From an uncultured Alphaproteobacteria bacterium (lineage in GTDB: Bacteria; Pseudomonadota; Alphaproteobacteria; JAJFIK01), in the NCBI GenBank assembly GCA_964561475.1, contig CAZLPU010000019.1:1354-65353 (forward strand): a stretch of DNA of 64,000 nucleotides. Direction: 5' to 3'. The notes below the pieces were generated by a model that saw only the letters and a program-made list of their open reading frames with translations, made no database searches and was not told the DNA's origin. Position 1 is the first letter of the stretch; every line of letters starts with the position of its first letter. This document shows positions 1-9,027 of the stretch, piece after piece. Position numbers and translations under genes: made by a program.

Positions 1-465
1 GTATGCCGCGCAAAAGGCGCCCGGCTGGTCATTGCGGTGACCCTGAATGCGGACGCATTCGGCAAGCACACCCTCAATGAAACGGATCTGAATGTGGACC
101 TGGATCTGCTTACGGAAGATGGAGAAAACACCGAGACCTCCACTCCTCCCGGAGGGCCGGCAGGCCGGTCCCGCGGGCGGCCCAAGGCCCCGGATGCCCA
201 GCGCATGATGATGCGCCAGCTATTCGGACGGGAACAATCCGCACCGGGAATGGGAACAGTGATGCTCGGGGCCCTGAACATCGTCATGGACCGCCTTGCC
301 CGCTCCCGCATGGCCGGTGATCCGCCCGATGTCCTGGTCTGCCCGAAGGTGGCCCATGTCAGCCTGCTCGCCTTCGACCGGGCCGCAGACCTCATTCAGC
401 TTGGCGAGGACGCGGTCGCGGAGCAGCTTCCGGCCATCAAGTCCGCCATGGCCGTGCTGCGGTGA
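1..465 (+). CDS. hypothetical protein, C-terminal portion (gene starts upstream of window)
   Basis: Frame is open from base 1. The track ORF 37..465 begins at a GTG, so the true start is probably upstream of the window. Pro/Gly/Arg-rich linker with a GRPKAP AT-hook-like motif, then a helical C-terminus. No family recognised. Confidence 0.35.
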   Translation, partial: VCRAKGARLVIAVTLNADAFGKHTLNETDLNVDLDLLTEDGENTETSTPPGGPAGRSRGRPKAPDAQRMMMRQLFGREQSAPGMGTVMLGALNIVMDRLARSRMAGDPPDVLVCPKVAHVSLLAFDRAADLIQLGEDAVAEQLPAIKSAMAVLR

Positions 466-632
466 CGGACGGGCGTCTTGGTCTTCCGTCACACAGGCAG
501 CGAATATTTGTTGGATACTTCGGCCAGGAGAGCGGTCCTGAGTTCCAGTCCTTGTCATCGGAGGAACCGCAAGGACTGATGATCCTCAGTCGGCCGATTA
601 CCCCGCGCCCATATATCCGCCCCCTGAAGGGT

Positions 633-1061
633 TCAACCTGAAATATAGTCCTTGAGGGCTTCCGCCTCCGCTTCGACCCGGGCCATACGGGCGCGCACCA
701 CGTCGCCGATGGAGACAAGGCCCACCAGCCGGCCGTTCGTGATGACGGGGACGTGGCGAAACCGTTTTTCGGTCATCAGGGCCATGATGGACTCCACCGT
801 GTCGGTCTCGGCACAGCTGATGACCTTCTCGGTCATGAAATCCGCAACGGGCTGATCCAGCACCGAGCCGCCGTGGACCGCAAGCGCGCGCACAATATCC
901 CGTTCCGAGAGGATGCCCACGGGCTGGCCATCGCTATCGGTGACCAACACCGCACCAATGGACCGGTCCGTCAGGATCAGGACCACATCCATCAGGGTCT
1001 GCCGGCTCTGGGCGGTGTGGACCGTTCCGCCCTTCTCTTTCAAAATGGCACCGACGGTCAT
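633..1061 (-). CDS. CBS domain pair protein
   Basis: 142 aa with two CBS-type motifs (SRQTLMDVVLILTDRSIGAVLVTD ... RHVPVITNGRLVGLVSIGDVV). Confidence 0.85.
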   Translation of the reverse strand: MTVGAILKEKGGTVHTAQSRQTLMDVVLILTDRSIGAVLVTDSDGQPVGILSERDIVRALAVHGGSVLDQPVADFMTEKVISCAETDTVESIMALMTEKRFRHVPVITNGRLVGLVSIGDVVRARMARVEAEAEALKDYISG

Positions 1062-1447
1062 GAACGTCTCCTCTTGCTGGTTTCGTATTGTCGTCGTTCC
1101 GCACAGCCCCCTTCATTGCGATGTTATAAAGTGACCACATTAAGAAAAGGCCAGCCTTTGACGGTCCCCGCCGCCCGTCGGCTTCATCGGAGGGAGCCTT
1201 TGCATCACCAGTATATGGCCCAGGGGCACAGCCCAGGGCAGAATTCTGCCTGGAAAATTTCGTGATTGAAGAGTGAAATGCAATTTAAGGCTGTGGGCCG
1301 GCTGGCGCGTTTTTGGTGTCCCGTGGGCATGCGCCTCAGAGTACCGGGCGGTCCGGAAGCGGTCACAGGCGCGCGTGGGCATAAAAAAGCGGACCCTGAT
1401 TGCTCAAGGTCCGCTCGAACACTCTTAAACTCGCGCCGTTGTGGGGC

Positions 1448-2341
1448 TTATTTCGGGAAGGTATTGGAGAAGGGGAAAGGCTTTTCGTCCCGGACAAAGC
1501 CGATATAGGCCAGCAATTCGCTGAGATAGACGACCATCCGCCGGGTGAAATTGCGCAGTTCCTGGTTCAGCTCATTATTCAGCAGGCAGATAAAGAACTG
1601 GAGCAGGGACAGGAACAGAATGGTCCAGAAGCTCACCCAGGCAATGACGCCGAACAGCACCATGTGGAGCAGCCTGACATAGATATTCTGGCCTTTCTCC
1701 GCCCCGTCCTGGGCATCGGCGCCCAGGGGCGGTACACCTGCACCACCGCCGGAACCGGAGGTCTCGTTGCCATCGCCGCCGCCTGATTTGGGCTCGTCCT
1801 GGCCACCATCGTCATTCATGCTGGCGTGACGGGGTGCGGAGGCTGCATCCTGATCCTCCTCAGAGACGTTGGATTGCATAGTCCCTCCCCTAGTATCGGC
1901 CTCTGGCGTGTTGGTTGCTGTCTCGTCGGCGTCCCGGTCCCACGTCCGGTCATCTTCGGCATTGGAAGCCATGTCACGGTCCGCGCCGGTCGCCTCATGG
2001 TCCGATTCATTCAGGCTGTCGCGGACATCGTCATGCCGGTCTGCCCCCCGGTTGTCGTCCCCGTCGTTTTCACGGGCTTCAACGCTTTGCTCGCGCCGGT
2101 CCTGGTCGTCGATATCATCCTGGCGGTTTGTGGCCATCTCATCGGTCTCCTCACGGTCAGCGGTCTCCTCACGGTCAGCCGCCTCGCGGTCGTCCTCGTC
2201 ACGATCCGGTTTCAGATCCAAGGTCACGGGTTCGTCGCGGGTGCTGCGTGACCGGTCCGGACCATCCTCGTCCAGAATCCGGTCCTCGCCCTCGGCCTCC
2301 GTCTGATTTTGACGCCGGTACATCCAATTCATTTCACTCAT
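1448..2341 (-). CDS. membrane protein with DUF4389-like C-terminal domain and extremely acidic disordered N-terminal region
   Basis: C-terminal ~90 aa are hydrophobic (VLFGVIAWVSFWTILFLSLLQFF...) and end in PFPF, as in DUF4389 proteins. N-terminal ~200 aa are a D/E/R-rich low-complexity region containing an in-frame 18-bp tandem repeat. True start within the ORF is uncertain. Confidence 0.5.
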   Translation of the reverse strand: MSEMNWMYRRQNQTEAEGEDRILDEDGPDRSRSTRDEPVTLDLKPDRDEDDREAADREETADREETDEMATNRQDDIDDQDRREQSVEARENDGDDNRGADRHDDVRDSLNESDHEATGADRDMASNAEDDRTWDRDADETATNTPEADTRGGTMQSNVSEEDQDAASAPRHASMNDDGGQDEPKSGGGDGNETSGSGGGAGVPPLGADAQDGAEKGQNIYVRLLHMVLFGVIAWVSFWTILFLSLLQFFICLLNNELNQELRNFTRRMVVYLSELLAYIGFVRDEKPFPFSNTFPK

Positions 2342-2591
2342 CTCAACCTCGTTTCCTGATCGGAGCTGTCCAGGGAGTAAATGGGGGACTTGGGCTCAAC
2401 TCAATCATCCCGCCCACAATCCCCACGGGCGGGGCGGGCTTCAAAATCGGCAGGCGGGCCAATTCGGCAGGTGGACCGGTCCGGGCGGGTATACCGGGCG
2501 TGTGGAAAAACCGGCCATCCGGGAAACAGGACCACGGGTCAATCACCTCAGGTTGGGCAATACCCCAGGGCGCGGTCCTGCACCAGTCCCT

Positions 2592-3578
2592 TCAGCCTCT
2601 TACGCCACCGGGACGGAAGGGATCCATGAGCGGCATGATCAAAAGACCGGCGAAAAAGCCGCCCAAATGGGCGTCCCAGGCGATCAACTGGTTTTCGCCG
2701 AAAAAACTCATGCCCGTGAAGGCAATGACCAGATTGATGGCGGTCCACACCGCGGCAAACCCAAGGACCCGGCGATCCGTGAGCGGGGCCAGGGGAACAG
2801 CAACGGTTTGGGGCCACCCCAGGGAGGTCACCGCCCTGTGGGCGAACATGAACCGGGCTGCCGCCCCCATCAATCCGGAAATCGCGCCGGAAGCTCCGAC
2901 CACCGGGATGTCCCCCCGGGGATCCACCAGCAGGTGGGCCAGAGCCCCGGCAGTGGCGCAAATCAGGAACATGAGAATGTAGCGGAGGGCACCGACACGC
3001 CGCGCCACGGGCGCTCCGAAAGCCAGCAGAAGAAACGTGTTCCCGATCAGGTGCATGGCATCGCCATGGATCAGGGTGTGGGTCACGAAGGACAGCCAGC
3101 GCCCGGCCTCACCGAACAGGAACGGTGCCGAACCGAACACCCCGTCCCCTTCCGTGATGCGGATTGGGATGAAGCCGAAGGAAAACAGCACCTGGAGGTC
3201 CCGGCCCTCGGGCAACATCAGACGCAGGAAATGGGCGCCGGCGAGAACAGCCATGGTCCACAGCACCACCGACGGCGCATTGATGGCCGGTTCCCTGGGG
3301 CCACGACCTCCGGAACGCCGACCTTGATATTGGGATTCCGGGTATTGGGACTTCGGATACTGGAACCCCGGATCCCGGGACACAAGATCTCGCGACCTGG
3401 GGTCCTGGGGCTGATCCCCAATCTGATGCGGCTGCTGCCAGCCGGGCCGCCGCAAGGGTTCCGGTGCCGGTCCCGGCGTTTGGGCCCGGGGATCGTTACC
3501 CTGTTCGTCGTCCTGCTCCCGGTCCGACCGGATCATGGGGGCCAGCTCCTTCGTGTTTTTCAGGCCTGGGGTGGTCAA
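2592..3578 (-). CDS. rhomboid family intramembrane serine protease
   Basis: Multi-TM C-terminal domain with the GASGAISG serine motif and a downstream His in a TM helix (AHLGGF). N-terminal Pro/Gln-rich region with QYPKSQYPESQY repeats. Confidence 0.85.
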   Translation of the reverse strand: MTTPGLKNTKELAPMIRSDREQDDEQGNDPRAQTPGPAPEPLRRPGWQQPHQIGDQPQDPRSRDLVSRDPGFQYPKSQYPESQYQGRRSGGRGPREPAINAPSVVLWTMAVLAGAHFLRLMLPEGRDLQVLFSFGFIPIRITEGDGVFGSAPFLFGEAGRWLSFVTHTLIHGDAMHLIGNTFLLLAFGAPVARRVGALRYILMFLICATAGALAHLLVDPRGDIPVVGASGAISGLMGAAARFMFAHRAVTSLGWPQTVAVPLAPLTDRRVLGFAAVWTAINLVIAFTGMSFFGENQLIAWDAHLGGFFAGLLIMPLMDPFRPGGVRG

Positions 3579-3583
3579 TCCAC

Positions 3584-4210
3584 CTAGTGGTCCGGCTCGG
3601 ACGGGTCACTGCGTGCCGAAAGCGCCCAATCCACCAATGGCAACCGGTCATTGCCGAAATACATGTCGGTTCCGTCAATGAACATGGTTGGCGAGCCGAA
3701 ACCGCCTCGGTCGATCAGGTCCTGGGTGTTCGCCTTGAGCGTATCTTTGACCGATGGGCTGGCCATGGCCTTATCCATCTCCGCCGGATCGAGGCCCGCG
3801 CCCGTTGCCAGATCATGCAACACCTCAGGCTGGGAAATGTCCCGGTCCGCCCCCCAATAGGCTTCAAAAGCCAGTCTGGCATAACTGGGGAGCGCATCCC
3901 TCTCCTGGGCGGCGACACAGCCGCGCATCACGGAGACGGCCCGGACGGGAAAGACCGTGGGCCAGTTGATGGTGAGACCATAGGCCCGGGCCCAATCCCG
4001 CAGATCCTTGCGGCTGTAGGCGGCCTTGCGGGGATCGGGATTGGCGCGGGCTTCATAAACCCCGGCATTGACCGCATTGAACACGCCGCCGACCAGAATG
4101 GGACGCCAGACAAGGGTTACCCCCCGGCGGTCGGTCAGCGCCTCGATTTGGGAAAAAGCCAGATATGTCCAGGGGCTGGACACATCGAAAAAGAATTCCA
4201 GACGCGCCAT
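3584..4210 (-). CDS. 2-hydroxychromene-2-carboxylate isomerase / DsbA-like thioredoxin-fold protein
   Basis: 208 aa. N-terminus FFFDVSSPWTYLA and the overall pattern are typical of the HCCA isomerase (DsbA-like) family. Confidence 0.75.
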   Translation of the reverse strand: MARLEFFFDVSSPWTYLAFSQIEALTDRRGVTLVWRPILVGGVFNAVNAGVYEARANPDPRKAAYSRKDLRDWARAYGLTINWPTVFPVRAVSVMRGCVAAQERDALPSYARLAFEAYWGADRDISQPEVLHDLATGAGLDPAEMDKAMASPSVKDTLKANTQDLIDRGGFGSPTMFIDGTDMYFGNDRLPLVDWALSARSDPSEPDH

Positions 4211-4593
4211 CCGGTCCTTCCCGTGTTCCCGCGCCGGACCCGGTGTCGGCCTTGAGGTCGCCTTGTGCCGGTCGCGGGACTGATCCTGCCGGGCACCTTA
4301 GGGCATGCCCCCGATGGCGTCGACCGTATTGGGCCGGGCGGCCCCGGCGCCTCTCCATCCTCCAACCGGATTTTGAGTCCCAATGCGGCACGCCGGGGCT
4401 GGCATGGTTCGTGCTGCATCCGGTGCGAACCTGTGTCCTTGGGCGCTCGGGAACGTCAGCCCGGCCGAGGACAAGTGATCGGAAAAGAACGGTTTGAGGC
4501 ATGGCATCGGGCCGGGCGGCGTTATCGCCCTGTCCATGCCTCGTCCTCATAGTAGGACGCGGGATTGAGCAACGGTGCGGGTCTTCGGGGACG

Positions 4594-5373
4594 ATGCAGA
4601 ATACCAAAACGAAAACCGTTTATGACTATTGGACGGGCTTGAAGGGGGACCGGCCAGCGCCCGCGCGCCGGGATGTCTCCCCCCGGGGCCTGAGGGCGAC
4701 CCTGCCCTTTGTCTTCATCGCCGAGCGCCTGGAACCGGATCTGACCGTGTTCCGCCTCGCGGGCACGGGTCTGTGTGAACGGTACGGGCGGGAGTTGCGG
4801 GACCACAGCATCGAGGCCATCTGGTCCCACGCGGACCGTCCGGCGGTCCGGGAACTGATCGACCGGGTGCTGACCAAGCCGGCGCCGGGATTGATCGCCT
4901 TCCGGGCCGAGACCGTCGACCGGCGCGGGATCACCGGAGAAATGCTGCTTCTGCCCCTCAGTGACGATCAGACACCCCCTGACCATCAGTATCATGAGGG
5001 GTTTGCATCCGGCATGCACACCGGTCAGACCTGCCGGAAGCTGCTGGGCTGCGCCTTCGCCACCCAAAGCACGGCCTCCCTGGGTCAACGGCCCCTGGTC
5101 CACCAGACCGTCGTCAGCGCCCGGCTTCTCCAGGATGGAGAACCGCTGCTCCACGCCATCCCCCCATCTGCCGCCGGGGCGGTGACCGGCCCCCTCAACC
5201 GGGCGGGTCCCCATCCAAGCCCTCAGCCCCACATTGCTGTGAACCAGCCACAGAACACTCTTGCTCCTGCAAAACGGACAGGCGCGCCGAACCATCTGCG
5301 GTTGGTCGTGTCGAATGACTGGATCGAGGACGCTGATCCTGGCCAGTCCCAGGAATCCTGTTCCAGGGCCTGA
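4594..5373 (+). CDS. PAS domain-containing protein (small alphaproteobacterial PAS family); C-terminal extent uncertain
   Basis: ATG at 4594 (MQNTKTKTVYDYW...). First ~160 aa have a PAS-like fold signature (LPFVFIAERLEPDLTVFRLAGTGLCERYGRELRD...). The low-complexity tail to 5373 may be a read-through artefact of an open GC-rich frame. Confidence 0.5.
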   Translation: MQNTKTKTVYDYWTGLKGDRPAPARRDVSPRGLRATLPFVFIAERLEPDLTVFRLAGTGLCERYGRELRDHSIEAIWSHADRPAVRELIDRVLTKPAPGLIAFRAETVDRRGITGEMLLLPLSDDQTPPDHQYHEGFASGMHTGQTCRKLLGCAFATQSTASLGQRPLVHQTVVSARLLQDGEPLLHAIPPSAAGAVTGPLNRAGPHPSPQPHIAVNQPQNTLAPAKRTGAPNHLRLVVSNDWIEDADPGQSQESCSRA

Positions 5374-5383
5374 ACGGTTGCGC

Positions 5384-6484
5384 CTATAACGCCACAGCGA
5401 TGCCCATCAGGCCGAAATTGTGGCGTCCTTCCTGGCCTTTGAATTCATCGGACCGGCTCACATAGCTGTAGCTGAACCGGACCCTGCCACTTTCCACCAC
5501 GACGCCCGCACTGACATCATGGACGAACCGTTCCGGATCCACTCCGGGGCTGTCCCTGAATGTGTTGCCCTCGATGAACAGATTGCGCCCTACCCCTCTG
5601 GCGTGGGCGGAGGCGAACACATACCAGCCAGGACCGTCTTTTCGCGGTTCGAAAAAGCCCGTGGACAGAGCAGCGGCGCCGTGGCGGGGCGCGCCCCCAT
5701 CCACCCGGAGGTTATGCCCAAGGCGCAGTTCCGCTCCGGCGCTGGCTTGAACGAACGCATTGCCCAGGGCCACCCGGGTCACGGGACGCACATCTGCGGC
5801 AAGGGTGCCCCGCTGGCCAGAATCGGAAGGGGCTTTGAACAGGGACCAGGCAGGCCAGGTGCGCTGCCAGGCGAACTGGAGCGTCACTTCGTTGCCAAGC
5901 TGATTATCCCAACCTTCCGGAAGCGGATCGTCGATGAACCGGTGCCATTCCCTTTGAAGGGGTTCAGCCTGGGCCAGGGGGCCGACCACGCCAAGGGACA
6001 GGTGAAGCGTGTCGACCGTCTCCCTATGACGGACACTGATGTCGTAGGAGGTCCGGAGCCAGCCCGCCCACGGATGATCCTTGGGCTGGGACTCGGCGAC
6101 GGTGATATTGTCCGGCGTGAAAAAGGAGTGGGCGATAGCGAACCGTTCCGCGGTGAAATCTCTCTGCCCCTCATCGCCGAACAGGGACCGGCCCAGCCAG
6201 AGACCCAGGACCGAGAGGTCTGCCTCGCTTTGTTCGAAAGACACCTGGATCGCGGAGGAATAATACCGGTCCGTGACGCCTCCTTCCCGGGGGGCGAAAA
6301 AGTCGTTTTCCACCGTCACGTTGACGGCCTGGCCCGCCCGGGCGGGGTCAGCGCCCGTTACGGTTACCGTTGCGAGGGCGATGATGAAGCCGATCGCCAG
6401 GAATTTGGGAAAAATCAATGAACCGGAAGCGCGTAAATCTGCGGCCGCATCCATATACTTTGGTGAGCCAGCACCGCTGACCAT
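5384..6484 (-). CDS. LpxR-family lipid A deacylase-like outer membrane protein (DUF2219)
   Basis: Signal peptide (MDAAADLRASGSLIFPKFLAIGFIIALATV). Family-type N-terminal motif VENDFFAPREGGVTDRYYSS. Beta-rich to the C-terminus. Start chosen at an internal Met (alternatives 6454 or 6484). Confidence 0.6.
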   Translation of the reverse strand: MVSGAGSPKYMDAAADLRASGSLIFPKFLAIGFIIALATVTVTGADPARAGQAVNVTVENDFFAPREGGVTDRYYSSAIQVSFEQSEADLSVLGLWLGRSLFGDEGQRDFTAERFAIAHSFFTPDNITVAESQPKDHPWAGWLRTSYDISVRHRETVDTLHLSLGVVGPLAQAEPLQREWHRFIDDPLPEGWDNQLGNEVTLQFAWQRTWPAWSLFKAPSDSGQRGTLAADVRPVTRVALGNAFVQASAGAELRLGHNLRVDGGAPRHGAAALSTGFFEPRKDGPGWYVFASAHARGVGRNLFIEGNTFRDSPGVDPERFVHDVSAGVVVESGRVRFSYSYVSRSDEFKGQEGRHNFGLMGIAVAL

Positions 6485-6589
6485 GGTTTTGCCTCCCGCC
6501 CCGTAACCTTTCCAATGGTTGGTAGCACAGTGGCTTAGCCTTGTCCCTGCCTTCCATGGCGCGATTGTGCGTTGCCGGGGGCGGAGGTC

Positions 6590-6890
6590 CTCGACACCAT
6601 CGCCACATTCATCGCCAAATTCATCTCCGCTGGCCATGAAACCACCGCCGGCGCGCTCACCTGGGCCTTCTATGTACTGGCCCAGGACCAGACCCTTCAG
6701 GACGCCCCCAGACCCTTCAGGACGCCTTGGCGAGGGAGACGGATGCCTTCACGGATGCCTTCACAGGGCAGAGAGCAATCCGGAACCGGTCCTGCCCCTG
6801 ACCATGCGTGTTCTGAAGGAAGCTCTGCGCCTCCTTCTCTCTGCGCCGGACTTGATAGAGGACGGGCCACGCGGGACCGCATGAGTTGAG
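6590..6890 (+). pseudogene. cytochrome P450 gene relic (I-helix to K-helix fragment, frameshifted)
   Basis: Frame 2 encodes FIAKFISAGHETTAGALTWAFYVLAQD (canonical P450 I-helix, AGxET T). A different frame 150 bp downstream encodes LTMRVLKEALRLLLSAP (K-helix ExxR and the usual LRLxPxxP stretch). A 20-bp tandem duplication (6689..6728) and a 12-bp one (6739..6762) lie between them. No N-terminal or heme-binding Cys region is present. Confidence 0.6.
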
Positions 6891-6946
6891 GAGTAGGGGC
6901 CTTCCGGCACGCATGGCCCGACGCCCGATATTTTTATCAGTGCAGA

Positions 6947-6991
6947 GATGAAATGAGTCGGGATGGAATGAGCTGGGATGAAATGAGCCGG
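6947..6991. repeat. three tandem 15-bp units (GATGAAATGAGYCGG)
   Basis: gatgaaatgagtcgg / gatggaatgagctgg / gatgaaatgagccgg, between the P450 relic and the lipoprotein gene end. Confidence 0.65.
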
Positions 6992-7034
6992 GACGATGGG
7001 GCCGCCTGCCCCGCGCCCGACATAAGCCCTCGGG

Positions 7035-7514
7035 TCACTCCTCCCTGCCACCTCCGGCTGCCACCACTGGCGGCATTTCCGATGCGGGGGGAGCCAGGGC
7101 CGGGGCTTCCGGCGGCGGTGCGGTGAGGATCGCGGGCATGCGGACCCGGCGTTCATAGGCCGGCGGCATGGGCAGGCTCTCCCCGGCCACCGGGTCAAGG
7201 ACATCCCGGCTCAGGTCGGCGCGCAGGCGTAGCATGTCCATCCGGGCCATGACGGCGTCCCGGTCCGCCTTGCTCAAGGTGTCCCGTTTCTCAGGCCCTT
7301 GGCCGAGGGCGGGATAGGGATCCTCGGACGGGGGCACCTGGGCCGCCGGATCCAAGGTCTTGGAGCAACCAGCCAGACCCAGGGCCAGACCCACGGTCAG
7401 ACCACACAGGATGGCCATGGGGGTAACGGAACCCGTCAGCCGTCGGACAGGGGCGACCATGGGGTCCCGGTGTCCCGGCTGAGTGGTCGCACGGCAAGAG
7501 AGGCTTCGCGTCAC
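7035..7514 (-). CDS. hypothetical lipoprotein
   Basis: Lipobox LALGLAGCS after a hydrophobic leader. Pro/Ala-rich C-terminus. Overlaps the start region of the next gene on the same strand. Confidence 0.45.
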   Translation of the reverse strand: MTRSLSCRATTQPGHRDPMVAPVRRLTGSVTPMAILCGLTVGLALGLAGCSKTLDPAAQVPPSEDPYPALGQGPEKRDTLSKADRDAVMARMDMLRLRADLSRDVLDPVAGESLPMPPAYERRVRMPAILTAPPPEAPALAPPASEMPPVVAAGGGREE

Positions 7515-8731
7515 AGCACTTCCTGTTCGAGATCGTCAATGACAAGCAGCACCCGGTAACCCGGTTCAACCACCAGCCGTCCTTCATCATCGCGCATCAT
7601 CACACCATCCTTGCGCGTATACCCCGAGACGGGATGCCGAGGAAAGTCCGGGACATAGCCCTCATAGCCCTCGCGGACCCGTTCGAACAGTTCCTCGGCA
7701 TGGGCGAGAGACAGGCGCACACAGCCACCGGAGGCCCTCCGGCCCAGGAACCGCTCATACCGCCGGCTTGCCGCATGAATGGCGTAGCCGGATTTACGGG
7801 TTCTGTAATCGTAATCGAAGAACATGGCGAAAGGCATGGGCGCGCCGTTCCACTGATAGGACCGCACGAACCGGTACATGCGGTTCTCATCAAGACGGAA
7901 CAGGCCCGTGGGCGTATTGGTGAAATAACGCTCCCGCCGTTCCCGACCGGTGGACACCAGCCAACGGTCGGTGAGTTCCACGGTCATGGGGGTCAGGGCA
8001 GGCTTGACCTCGTCCGGCGCCACCCCGGGAAAGCCCGCGAGGGAGACGGCGGATGGGGTGCTCCCCCGCTCAAAGGGCTCCGGCTCTTCGGTTGGCTGGG
8101 GATCCTCACGGGGCTCGGGTTCTGCCGCGGGCTGGGGCTCGTCAGCGGCTGCTGGCGCTTGATCCGCCGACCCCGCCTCTTCGGGATCGGGCGATTCGGG
8201 CTCCGGTAACTCGGGGTCCGGCTCAGGCGTGACCGGAGCCGGGGGCGGTGGCGGAAAGATCCGGGTGCCGGCGCGGCGTTCGAAAATGAACATCTGCTGC
8301 GCCCAGATGCCGCGCTCGGCCTTGTTCACGTAAAGGAAGAGATCGAAGTACGGCCGCAACTCTTCGGGAACCAACTCCAGCATGCGCGACTGGGGGCTGT
8401 AGGCCAGATCGTCCGGACCGAATGGCAGGGCGTAGGGTTCCTGCTCCAGGAACCGTTTGGGCGGATAGGGCTTGAGATCCGGCTCGGCAATGAGATTGGC
8501 GAAAATCTCGTCCCGGGTCATGAGGTCTTCCAGGGGCGGCGGGGCTTTGCGGCGCCCCTGTTCCTCCTGGGTCGCTCGGCGCTCTGATTCGGCTTCGAGC
8601 ACGGTCTTCTGGGCTACAACGCTTCCACTGGTTGCAAACCAGCAGACGGCCACCATTATGCCAAGACGATAGCCTAGAAGTCTGGGTGAAGCAGAGGATG
8701 AAGACGCTGTGGGATCTGTCCGCCGAGCCAT
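7511..8731 (-). CDS. L,D-transpeptidase (YkuD domain) with long Pro/Glu-rich linker
   Basis: C-terminal catalytic motif HAASRRYERFLGRRASGGCVRL (conserved His...Cys of YkuD). Signal/TM segment near the N-terminus. About 100-aa PE-rich low-complexity linker. Confidence 0.75.
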   Translation of the reverse strand: MARRTDPTASSSSASPRLLGYRLGIMVAVCWFATSGSVVAQKTVLEAESERRATQEEQGRRKAPPPLEDLMTRDEIFANLIAEPDLKPYPPKRFLEQEPYALPFGPDDLAYSPQSRMLELVPEELRPYFDLFLYVNKAERGIWAQQMFIFERRAGTRIFPPPPPAPVTPEPDPELPEPESPDPEEAGSADQAPAAADEPQPAAEPEPREDPQPTEEPEPFERGSTPSAVSLAGFPGVAPDEVKPALTPMTVELTDRWLVSTGRERRERYFTNTPTGLFRLDENRMYRFVRSYQWNGAPMPFAMFFDYDYRTRKSGYAIHAASRRYERFLGRRASGGCVRLSLAHAEELFERVREGYEGYVPDFPRHPVSGYTRKDGVMMRDDEGRLVVEPGYRVLLVIDDLEQEVL

Positions 8732-9027
8732 CGTACCGTTTCTCCTCGTGCCGCTTAGAACCAAGCATTGACCGGGTGATCACCGTCTGGGCGGCAATTG
8801 TAACCCGGTATCAGACCCTCATGATTGCGCGCGAAGCGCCGGCAAACGTCAAGGGCATTAATGAATTGGTGATCTTCCTGAACGGTGATCCATGTTGTGA
8901 CATAATCAAAAGCGTTGGGCTGGGCCGTTCAGAACGGGATGGGAACGGTCGGCCCAATGCGGGCCACTGCCCTTGGTATCTGGGGTTCTCCGCACCGGGC
9001 AGGCCGCCGAAGAAGGAACAATAAGCC

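Noticed and set aside
4501-4593. Upstream extension of the PAS-protein ORF (track start 4501)
   Set aside because: The recognisable protein begins at the ATG at 4594 (MQNTKTK...). The preceding 31 codons are Cys/Gly-rich and read like intergenic sequence.
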